A stretch of 19,894 bases of DNA from Candidatus Aminicenantes bacterium. Lineage in GTDB: Bacteria; Acidobacteriota; Aminicenantia; Aminicenantales; Aminicenantaceae. The stretch spans positions 1,604,533 to 1,624,426 of the forward strand of contig CP070825.1 in the NCBI GenBank assembly GCA_020344415.1. Reading direction: 5' to 3'. Below are positions 9,413 through 16,202 of the stretch, in pieces (position 1 is the first letter of the stretch; each line of letters begins with the position of its first letter). The notes below the pieces were generated by a model. It was not told where the DNA came from. It was given only the letters and a program-made list of their open reading frames with translations, and ran no database searches. Position numbers and translations under genes: made by a program.

Positions 9413-10159
9413 ATGAGAGCTAAAAACCGAGCCCACGATGAATTAAGACCCGTAAAAATTAAACCAGATTACATCGAGTTCGCTGATGGCTCTTCCTATA
9501 TAGAAATCGGCAAGACAAAAGTCATAGCTACTGCTACCGCCGAGGAGAAAGTCCCTCCTTTTTTGAAAAATTCAGGAACTGGCTGGATAACTGCCGAATA
9601 TTCCATGCTTCCTCGATCTACAGAAAAAAGAAATGTTAGAGAAAGGATAACAGGAAGACTGTCGGGACGAAGTCAAGAGATCCAGCGCCTGGTAGGACGA
9701 TCTCTCCGAGCTGTGACAGATCTTAGCCTCTTAGGACAGAGGAGCATCATTCTCGACTGTGATGTCATCCAGGCCGATGGGGGAACAAGGGCAGCCTCAA
9801 TCGCAGCAGGATGTGTCGCCTTGGCTCTTGCATTGAAGAAGATGCTGGATGAAAAGACCATAGAAATCATGCCTCTTAAAAACTTGGTCAGCAGCGTCAG
9901 CGTGGGCATAGTCAATGGAGAATTGCTTCTTGACCTTGATTATAGTGAGGACTCAATAGCAGAAATCGATATGAACGTTGTCGAAACTGACAAAGGACAA
10001 CTTGTAGAAGTCCAGGCATCCGCTGAGAAGAATCCTTTTTCAAAAAAAGAACTGAGCTCTCTCCTGAGCCTAGCTGATAAAGGAATAAAACAACTCATCC
10101 AGATTCAAAGGGATATCCTCAAAAAAAAGAGCATTCTCTTCATGGCTTACGGACAATAA
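9413..10159 (+). CDS. rph: ribonuclease PH
   Basis: Near-colinear with canonical RNase PH: RPVKIKPDY...[73 protein letters not shown]. Length 248 aa. Confidence 0.92.
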   Translation: MRAKNRAHDELRPVKIKPDYIEFADGSSYIEIGKTKVIATATAEEKVPPFLKNSGTGWITAEYSMLPRSTEKRNVRERITGRLSGRSQEIQRLVGRSLRAVTDLSLLGQRSIILDCDVIQADGGTRAASIAAGCVALALALKKMLDEKTIEIMPLKNLVSSVSVGIVNGELLLDLDYSEDSIAEIDMNVVETDKGQLVEVQASAEKNPFSKKELSSLLSLADKGIKQLIQIQRDILKKKSILFMAYGQ

Positions 10160-10172
10160 AAGGAGAAAAACT

Positions 10173-11108
10173 ATGGACCGTTTCCTGGTAACAGGAGGAG
10201 CTGGATTCCTCGGAAGCCATCTCTGTGATTCTCTTCTGGCAAAAGGAGCCGATGTTGTCTGTATCGATAACTTTTTTTCAGGAAATAAGGATAACATCCG
10301 CCATCTTTTCTCTCGCAATTTCTTTGAACTGATCCGACACGATATTATCCATCCTCTCTTTGTGGAGGTAGACAAAATCTATCATCTTGCTTGCCCCGCC
10401 TCTCCGATACACTACCAACTCAATCCAATTAAAACAGTCAAGACGAATGTCATGGGAACTATAAACATGCTTGGATTAGCTAAGAGGATAAAAGCTCGTA
10501 TTCTCCTTGCTTCTTCCTCAGAAGTCTATGGCGATTCTCAAGTCCACCCGCAGCCGGAGAGTTATTGGGGGAATGTCAATCCCATAGGGCTCCGCAGCTG
10601 TTATGATGAAGGGAAAAGAGTGGCAGAAACCCTGATGATGGATTATCATCGCCAGAATAATGTCGACATCAAAATCGCTCGCATTTTCAATACCTACGGT
10701 CCTAGAATGGCCATCGACGACGGCAGAGTAGTCAGCAACTTTATCGTCCAGGCTTTAAAAAAGGAATCCCTTACGGTCTATGGGGATGGGAGCCAAACCC
10801 GCTCCTTTTGTTATGTCTCAGACCTTGTTCATGCTCTCATGACAATGATGGATGCCGATGAATTTTCAGGCCCTGTAAATCTTGGAAATCCAGCTGAGTT
10901 CACAATAATTGAGTTGGCAGAAAAAATCGTCAAGCTTACAAAAAGCTCTTCCAAGATTGTCCATAAACCTCTGCCTTCAGATGATCCTGTGCGAAGATGT
11001 CCTGACATTTCTTTAGCCAACGACAAATTGCACTGGACGCCAAAAATAGACCTGGAAGAAGGTCTGGTCAAGACCATTGATTATTTTAAAGAAAAATTGG
11101 GTCTATAA
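10173..11108 (+). CDS. uxs: UDP-glucuronate decarboxylase (UDP-xylose synthase family SDR)
   Basis: Rossmann [12 protein letters not shown] motif, [27 protein letters not shown], and the catalytic [12 protein letters not shown] block, which is near-identical to UXS1/ArnA-decarboxylase family signatures. 311 aa. AAGGAG RBS 8 nt upstream. Confidence 0.88.
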   Translation: MDRFLVTGGAGFLGSHLCDSLLAKGADVVCIDNFFSGNKDNIRHLFSRNFFELIRHDIIHPLFVEVDKIYHLACPASPIHYQLNPIKTVKTNVMGTINMLGLAKRIKARILLASSSEVYGDSQVHPQPESYWGNVNPIGLRSCYDEGKRVAETLMMDYHRQNNVDIKIARIFNTYGPRMAIDDGRVVSNFIVQALKKESLTVYGDGSQTRSFCYVSDLVHALMTMMDADEFSGPVNLGNPAEFTIIELAEKIVKLTKSSSKIVHKPLPSDDPVRRCPDISLANDKLHWTPKIDLEEGLVKTIDYFKEKLGL

Positions 11109-11123
11109 GAAAAAAATATCCTA

Positions 11124-11150
11124 GATTATTCACGAGTCGAGGTTGCCGCA
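11124..11150 (+). promoter_or_regulatory. left half of the bipartite conserved 5' module (copy 1): GATTATTCACGAGTCGAGGTTGCCGCA
   Basis: 26/27 identical to 16122-16148. It is separated from its right half (11465-11492) by the GC-rich insert, whereas the halves are only 14 bp apart in copy 2. Confidence 0.55.
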
Positions 11151-11360
11151 GAGTTCGTTGCGAAGAGCGAAGAGATGTCGCAATCCTCTGTTGCGAGTGA
11201 AGCGAAGCAATCTCATGCTTATAGCGAGATATCATGAGGTCACCACGCTTCGCTCGTGACAGAGGATCGCCACGCTCACTTCGTTCGCTCGTGATGACGT
11301 AGCCGTCCACCGCGAATGAGCCGCAACGAAGCAGATGCGGTGAGATCGGCTCGCCGTAAG
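11151..11360. repeat. GC-rich cluster of short palindromic repeats (REP/MITE-like or structured ncRNA) splitting the conserved module
   Basis: Local GC content is far above the window average. Direct and inverted copies of a GTTGCGA(A/G)..GCGAAG / CTTCGC..TCGCAAC unit occur at 11157-11174, 11190-11208, 11242-11257, 11271-11296 and 11321-11332. A terminal 9-bp inverted pair is TTCGTTGCG (11154-11162) with CGCAACGAA (11322-11330). Internal stems: TTGCGA/TCGCAA (11158-11163 / 11178-11183), AGCGAAGC/GCTTCGCT (11201-11208 / 11247-11254), CTCATG/CATGAG (11212-11217 / 11233-11238). The minus-strand ORFs here (11086..11310, 11276..11473) look like artefacts of the repeats. Confidence 0.55.
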
Positions 11361-11418
11361 GGAAAAATGTCGATAAATATAAATAGCTTCTTTTCTAAAA
11401 AATATTTATCATAATTTG

Positions 11419-11451
11419 CAGCAATATCAGAATATACTCCTGATATTGCTG
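11419..11451. promoter_or_regulatory. perfect 12-bp inverted repeat hairpin/palindrome CAGCAATATCAG-(9 nt)-CTGATATTGCTG immediately upstream of the GT2 gene
   Basis: The arms are exact reverse complements (11419-11430 and 11440-11451) with loop AATATACTC. It is not followed directly by a T-tract, so it is more likely an operator or RNA stem than an intrinsic terminator. Confidence 0.5.
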
Positions 11452-11464
11452 TAATTGAAGAACG

Positions 11465-11492
11465 TATCGGCATTTTTTATGAATAACTTAGG
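11465..11492 (+). promoter_or_regulatory. right half of the bipartite conserved 5' module (copy 1): TATCGGCATTTTTTATGAATAACTTAGG
   Basis: Matches 16163-16190 (TACCGGCATTTTTTATGAATAATTCAGG) at about 25/28 positions. It contains a TATGAAT -10-like hexamer and ends in AGG, 13 nt before the GT2 ATG (12 nt in copy 2). Its TGAATAA(T/C) is the inverted complement of ATTATTCA in the left half. Confidence 0.55.
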
Positions 11493-11505
11493 AGAGCCTG
11501 CTGAA

Positions 11506-12192
11506 ATGAAACTTTCAATAATCATTCCTGTTTACAACGAAAAAAATACCATAGAAGAAATCATCAGTCGCGTTCAGGCTGCTGAAGTTGGATTAGAAAA
11601 AGAAATAATCGTTGTGGATGACGGTTCTGAGGATGGAACTCGCCAGATTTTGGACAATCTAAATCAGCCGAATATAAAAACCTATATTCAACCCAAAAAT
11701 CAGGGAAAGGGGGCTGCACTCAGAACTGGTTTCTCCATGGCGGAAGGCGATATCATCCTTATCCAGGATGCTGATTTGGAATATGATCCAAAAGACTACC
11801 CTAAACTTCTTGAGCCTCTCCTCGATGGTCGCGCTGATGTCGTCTACGGTTCCCGTTTTCTTGGAGGACCTCACCGCGTTCTATATTTCTGGCATTATGT
11901 AGGAAATAGAATCATAACGACTCTCGCCAACATGTTTGTCAACCTGAACCTGAATGACATGGAAACGTGCTACAAGGTTTTCAAAAGAGAGCTCCTCAAC
12001 AAAATCACTCTCAAGTCAAAGCGATTCGGAATCGAACCTGAGATCACAATTAAATTTGCAAAACTCAAATGTAAAATCTACGAGGTTCCCATCTCTTATT
12101 CAGGAAGAGACTACACCGAAGGAAAGAAGATTGGGTGGAAGGATGGAGTGGCCGCTATCTTCCATATCATAAGGTTTAAGTTTTTCAACTAA
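11506..12192 (+). CDS. GT2 family polyprenyl-phosphate glycosyltransferase (DPM1/ArnC/GtrB-like catalytic domain, no C-terminal TM helices)
   Basis: MKLSIIIPVYNE...VVDDGS(E)DGT...DADLEYDP are GT-A DxD-type motifs typical of dolichol-P-mannose synthase-like enzymes. The ORF track extends it to a TTG at 11455 that lies inside the conserved module. The ATG at 11506, with AGGAG 11 nt upstream, is the more likely start. 228 aa. Confidence 0.8.
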   Translation: MKLSIIIPVYNEKNTIEEIISRVQAAEVGLEKEIIVVDDGSEDGTRQILDNLNQPNIKTYIQPKNQGKGAALRTGFSMAEGDIILIQDADLEYDPKDYPKLLEPLLDGRADVVYGSRFLGGPHRVLYFWHYVGNRIITTLANMFVNLNLNDMETCYKVFKRELLNKITLKSKRFGIEPEITIKFAKLKCKIYEVPISYSGRDYTEGKKIGWKDGVAAIFHIIRFKFFN

Positions 12193-12306
12193 AAGTGAAA
12201 TTAAAAAAATCCCTTTAAAAAAGATATATAAAAACTTATAATAAATCTCACTCAAACAAATTATAATTATTTCATAGTATAGAAGCATGATTCTAAGGAG
12301 GTTGCG

Positions 12307-13713
12307 ATGTCCCTTGTCTCCCAATTAATTTTAATAGGAATCATACTTGCTGTATTAGCCATAGTTTCTTTTATAATCGCTAAGCAGTACAGAAAAGTGG
12401 GCCCGCATGAAGCCCTCATTATTTCCGGCGGAAGGAAAAAAACAGTCATCGAGCCCGATGGAACAAGAAAGAAAATAGGCTATCGATACCGGCTGGGCGG
12501 GGGGACTTTTGTAATCCCATTTCTGGAAACCGTTGATGTTTTACCCATGGAAGTCATAACGTTGAATGTAAAAACCCCCGAAGTTCTCACTCATGGTGGT
12601 GTTCCTATCTTGGCCGAAGCTACCGCTCAGGTCAAGATAGACTCCAATGATCACGCCATTCGCTTGGCGGCCGAACAATTTCTAGGCCTTGGAAAGGAAG
12701 GCATCCGGGATGTCTCCATGACCATCCTAGAAGGAAAAATGAGAGAGGTCATGGGAGCCATGTCTGTTGAAGAAATTTTCCAAGGAAGACATGAATTTTC
12801 TACAAAAGTTGCCCAAGCTACGCAGAAAGATTTTTCCCTGATGGGCCTGACCATGATGTCCTTTGCCCTTAAAGATATAAGCGATACCCAAGGATATCTA
12901 GATGCCCTCGGAAAACCTCAAATCTCAGCAGCTAAGCGCGACGCTGCAATCGCTGAAGCAGAGACAGAAAAAGAGGCAGTGATTAAATCTTCTGAAGCTA
13001 GAAAAGAAGGGGAAGTTGCCCGACTCGCTTCTGAAGCTCTTATCGCCAAGGCCCAATGGGAAAACGAAGGCAAAAAAGCAGAGTCCCAAGTTGAGGTCAA
13101 CCAGAAAAAAGCCCAAGCGGATTTCTCCTATGAGCTTGAGCGTTTCCGCCTCAGCCAGGAAATAAAAAAAGAGGAATCCAAGGTGAAGCTCATCGAAAAA
13201 GAACAGTCTATTAAAATCGAAGAATTGGAAACGGCCCGCAGAGAGAAGGAACTCGACTCTACCGTTATTAAACCTGCTGAAGCCCGCAAATACCAGATGA
13301 AAGCAGAAGCCGAAGCTGAAGAATACCGCCTCCAATCCGAAGCTAAAGGAAAGTCTGAAGGAATAAAACTTGAAGGGATTGCAGAGGCGGAAAAAGCCAA
13401 GCAAAAAGGAATAGCTGAAGCCGAAGCCATGCTGAAAAAAGCACAAGCTTGGGAAAAGTACAACCAGGCTGCTCTCTTTGAAATGTATCTCAATATCCTT
13501 CCTGAACTGGCTAAGGCAGTCTCAGAACCTCTCTCCAAAGTAGACAAAATAGTAGTTATCGGCGGAGATAAAAGTTTGGGAACTTCAAAGATCACGTCTC
13601 AAGTTGCGGAAACCCTAGCACAGATGCCTGAAGTCGTTAAATCCCTTACAGGTGTCGACCTGAAAAAATATCTGAAAGAAAAACTCTCCCCTGAAGAAAA
13701 AGAAGAAGAGTAA
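12307..13713 (+). CDS. flotillin family protein (SPFH/band-7 domain with long EA-rich coiled-coil), FloT/YuaG-like
   Basis: N-terminal TM helix LILIGIILAVLAIVSFIIA and an SPFH domain. The extended AEAEAE/KAEAEAEEYRL coiled-coil is characteristic of flotillins. Strong AAGGAGG RBS 7 nt upstream. The antisense ORFs 12925..13446 and 13128..13595 are artefacts of the repetitive coiled-coil coding. Confidence 0.85.
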   Translation: MSLVSQLILIGIILAVLAIVSFIIAKQYRKVGPHEALIISGGRKKTVIEPDGTRKKIGYRYRLGGGTFVIPFLETVDVLPMEVITLNVKTPEVLTHGGVPILAEATAQVKIDSNDHAIRLAAEQFLGLGKEGIRDVSMTILEGKMREVMGAMSVEEIFQGRHEFSTKVAQATQKDFSLMGLTMMSFALKDISDTQGYLDALGKPQISAAKRDAAIAEAETEKEAVIKSSEARKEGEVARLASEALIAKAQWENEGKKAESQVEVNQKKAQADFSYELERFRLSQEIKKEESKVKLIEKEQSIKIEELETARREKELDSTVIKPAEARKYQMKAEAEAEEYRLQSEAKGKSEGIKLEGIAEAEKAKQKGIAEAEAMLKKAQAWEKYNQAALFEMYLNILPELAKAVSEPLSKVDKIVVIGGDKSLGTSKITSQVAETLAQMPEVVKSLTGVDLKKYLKEKLSPEEKEEE

Positions 13714-13739
13714 CTTCTCTCTCAAAAGACAGGTAAACC

Positions 13740-16094
13740 ATGGTTTCAGAAAAAGTCAACCAAATCGGCGAATCACCCACCCTTAAGGTAACGGCCAAAG
13801 CCAAGGCTATGAAGGCTGAGGGAATAGATATCGTTGACCTCAGCGTTGGAGAGCCAGATTTTCCAACTCCGGATAACATTAAATCAGCAGGCATAAAAGC
13901 CATCCAGGAAAACTTCACCAAGTACACACAAAATGATGGAATCCCTACCCTTAAAGAGGCAGTCATCCACAGGCTGAAGGAAGATATAGGGCTTGCTTAT
14001 GAAAAGGAAGAAATCATCCTTTCCACTGGCGCCAAGAGCTCCCTCTATCATCTCATCCAGGCTCTGATCAATGAGAGCGAGGAGGTCATCATCCCCTCTC
14101 CCTATTGGGTGACCTACCCTCATGCTGTATCATTGGCAAAAGGAAAATCTGTCATCATCCCAACAAAGGAGGAGAATGGATTTATCTTAAGCGGTGACCA
14201 GCTAAAGTCTGCCATCTCTCCATCCACCAGAGCCTTAATCCTGAACAATCCCTCTAATCCTACGGGAGCAGCTTACCAGAAGCATGAGCAGGAAGCCTTG
14301 GCAGACGTCGTCCTTGAAGAGAATATCTACGTCATTGCTGACGAAATATATGAAAAACTTGTCTATGATGACTTCAAGTTTGTGAGCTTTGCATCACTTG
14401 GAGAGGAAATAAAAAAGAAAACCATCATCATTAACGGCGTCTCAAAAGCCTATTCAATGACTGGGTGGCGAATAGGCTTCGCCGCTGGTCCTGCAGACAT
14501 CATCAATGGCATGGCCAAAATCCAGAGCCACACCACATCCAATCCCTGCTCAATCTCACAAATAGCAAGCCGGGAAGCTTTAGGGGGACCCCAGCATGAA
14601 ATCTCCAGAATGGCATCTGAATTTCAGAGGCGCAGGAATTATGTCCTGATGCGGCTTCAGACCATCCCTAATGTTTCCTGTTTCAAACCGCAGGGAGCTT
14701 TCTATCTCTTTCCCAATTTTTCTCATTACTATGATAAAGAATTCAACAATGTCCAGATTAGAAACTCTTACGGCCTGGCATATTATCTTCTGAAAGAAGC
14801 AAACGTGGCAATTGTTCCCGGAGATGCCTTTGGGGCTGACGATCATATCCGTATATCCTATGCCACTTCTATGGAAAACCTAGAAAAAGGCATAGATAGA
14901 ATCGCGGAGGCTCTCACCCGCCTTAAAACGCCCAAAAAGGTCGTCCGCCTCGCTTTAAATAACACTATAACCCGAGAAAAAAAGCGAGTTCCTGTTGATT
15001 CCACGATCGACGTTAAGATGAGGGATGCTCTTGTAGCTGAGATGGAAAACCATCTCAGCTATGAAAATTACTTCGAATGGAATGCGAACATCAACGGCGT
15101 CATTGTTCAGCTGCGGACGAATGTCTCCCACCTCAACGATTTTTGGATCGAGAATTGGTATCCGGCTCAACTGGAAGCGGCACTGGAACCCCACGGCATC
15201 ATATATGCTGTTGATGGCATAGCAGGTCGAGAATCCCGTGCTTTCTACAACCCAGAAACAAAAACAGGAATTCTCGTCAACACAGACAATTATACTCCTT
15301 TGCGCAGCCTTGCTCTCGGTCTTGTCATGAACGTCTCAGAAAGATTATTTAACGTTCACGCAATCCGTGGGATGTCAGCAGACATTGATTGGAATGGACT
15401 GATCCTCGTCGGACCTAAAGGGACAAAGAAAACCGAGCTGTTCTTCGGCTTGTTCTCAGATGATAGATTCCGTCTCCACTCCAATGATCTCGTTTTTGTC
15501 CGTTTTTCAGGAGGTATAGCCCTGGCTGATTCCTCGGAGAGGAAGCTTTTCATGCCAACGAATACAGTAGAATCTTATCCTCGCTTAGCCTCCCTCTTTG
15601 ATAACAGCAAGTGTGAAAACGTTATTACGCGCAAAGATGACTGCCAGGACGCAGAGTGCCTCCGCCTGGATGACTGCCGCCTCGACCGGGGGTCACCTTA
15701 CTGCTATAAAGCTTCAAAAGACGCCCATGCCATTCTCGACCCATACTGGATTGAGGGAACAGCAATGCATATCAAACGCACTGCACTTCGTTGGATGTTT
15801 ATTCTCCGTTACGACAACGTCTCGCCGCCAGTAGTGGACGTCGAGGTGGAAGATGCCCTGCGCATGCTTGAATCCGGAGAAAGCCTGGGCGTTGCAAGAG
15901 ACCTTACTCCTTCTCAAAGAGAACCCTATTACAACCCCCACCTTCTCACAACAACCCCAGAGCAGATGGAACTTCAGAGGAGTTTTTTCGAGCGCTTCCT
16001 TGAGAACATTTCCTGTTATCTGTTCAACAGCGGAGTCGCCTCTTCTGAGGAAATCAAACGAATTGTGACAGGGGAGAGCAAAACCGAAGAATGA
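13740..16094 (+). CDS. fusion protein: class-I aspartate/aromatic aminotransferase (aa 1-395) + degenerate PEP-carboxykinase(ATP)-family domain (aa ~420-784)
   Basis: The N-terminal domain has GEPDFPTP, NNPSNPTGAAY and the PLP-lysine block SKAYSMTGWRIGF (K236). The C-terminal domain aligns colinearly with PckA and with the next gene: TDNY to GTWYGG; VHAIRG to MHCSA; LILVGPKGTKKTELFFGL to FFGLSGTGKTTLS (kinase-1a); RLHSNDL to RLIGDDEH; SGG to FEGGCYAKT; CENVITRKDD to ALLENVTVREDG. The Mn-binding KK of GEMKKG is absent and the P-loop second Gly is replaced by Lys. The 784-aa frame is continuous with no internal stop. Confidence 0.7.
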   Translation: MVSEKVNQIGESPTLKVTAKAKAMKAEGIDIVDLSVGEPDFPTPDNIKSAGIKAIQENFTKYTQNDGIPTLKEAVIHRLKEDIGLAYEKEEIILSTGAKSSLYHLIQALINESEEVIIPSPYWVTYPHAVSLAKGKSVIIPTKEENGFILSGDQLKSAISPSTRALILNNPSNPTGAAYQKHEQEALADVVLEENIYVIADEIYEKLVYDDFKFVSFASLGEEIKKKTIIINGVSKAYSMTGWRIGFAAGPADIINGMAKIQSHTTSNPCSISQIASREALGGPQHEISRMASEFQRRRNYVLMRLQTIPNVSCFKPQGAFYLFPNFSHYYDKEFNNVQIRNSYGLAYYLLKEANVAIVPGDAFGADDHIRISYATSMENLEKGIDRIAEALTRLKTPKKVVRLALNNTITREKKRVPVDSTIDVKMRDALVAEMENHLSYENYFEWNANINGVIVQLRTNVSHLNDFWIENWYPAQLEAALEPHGIIYAVDGIAGRESRAFYNPETKTGILVNTDNYTPLRSLALGLVMNVSERLFNVHAIRGMSADIDWNGLILVGPKGTKKTELFFGLFSDDRFRLHSNDLVFVRFSGGIALADSSERKLFMPTNTVESYPRLASLFDNSKCENVITRKDDCQDAECLRLDDCRLDRGSPYCYKASKDAHAILDPYWIEGTAMHIKRTALRWMFILRYDNVSPPVVDVEVEDALRMLESGESLGVARDLTPSQREPYYNPHLLTTTPEQMELQRSFFERFLENISCYLFNSGVASSEEIKRIVTGESKTEE

Positions 16095-16121
16095 TAATGC
16101 TATGTAATGTTAATATTCATG

Positions 16122-16190
16122 GATTATTCACGAGTCGAGGTTGCTGCATTATCTACAGAAAGTACCGGCATTTTTTATGAATAATTCAGG
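16122..16190 (+). promoter_or_regulatory. compact copy 2 of the bipartite conserved 5' module (left 16122-16148, 14-bp spacer, right 16163-16190) upstream of the PEPCK-like gene
   Basis: GATTATTCACGAGTCGAGGTTGCTGCA ... TACCGGCATTTTTTATGAATAATTCAGG. It has the same two halves, in the same order and orientation, as copy 1, with the same 12-13 nt distance from the terminal AGG to the ATG. Confidence 0.55.
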
Positions 16191-16202
16191 CATATAAGTA
16201 CA

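Noticed and set aside
11151-11360. Possibility that the GC-rich block is RNase P RNA, tmRNA, SRP RNA, a tRNA or a CRISPR array
   Set aside because: None of the universally conserved boxes is present (RNase P GGAAAGUCCGG / ACAGAACCCGGCUUA, tmRNA, the SRP GGAA tetraloop domain IV, or the tRNA GTTCGAATC T-loop). The repeats are irregular in spacing and inverted as well as direct, unlike CRISPR.
11086-11473. Two minus-strand ORFs (74 and 65 aa) covering the GC-rich repeat cluster
   Set aside because: Their translations are dominated by SER/ARG repeats generated by the palindromic GC-rich units. They have no RBS, and the region is better explained as a repeat/RNA element.
11455-11505. TTG-initiated 17-aa N-terminal extension of the GT2 ORF in the track
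   Set aside because: The extension would be translated from inside the conserved non-coding module. The ATG at 11506 has an AGGAG RBS and begins with the canonical GT2 N-terminus (LSIIIPVYNE).
12925-13595. Minus-strand ORFs of 173 and 155 aa inside the flotillin gene
   Set aside because: They are antisense to the EA-rich coiled-coil. Their repetitive F/L/S-rich translations are the mirror of the GAA/GCT-rich sense strand, and the flotillin has a strong RBS and motifs.
14997-16094. HPr-kinase-like interpretation of the ORF11 C-terminal domain (GPKGTKKTE ... RLHSNDL resembles HprK GDSGVGKSE ... RLVADD)
   Set aside because: HprK and PEPCK share a fold, so the resemblance is real. However, colinearity over six blocks with PckA and with the adjacent PEPCK paralog makes PEPCK-family the better assignment.
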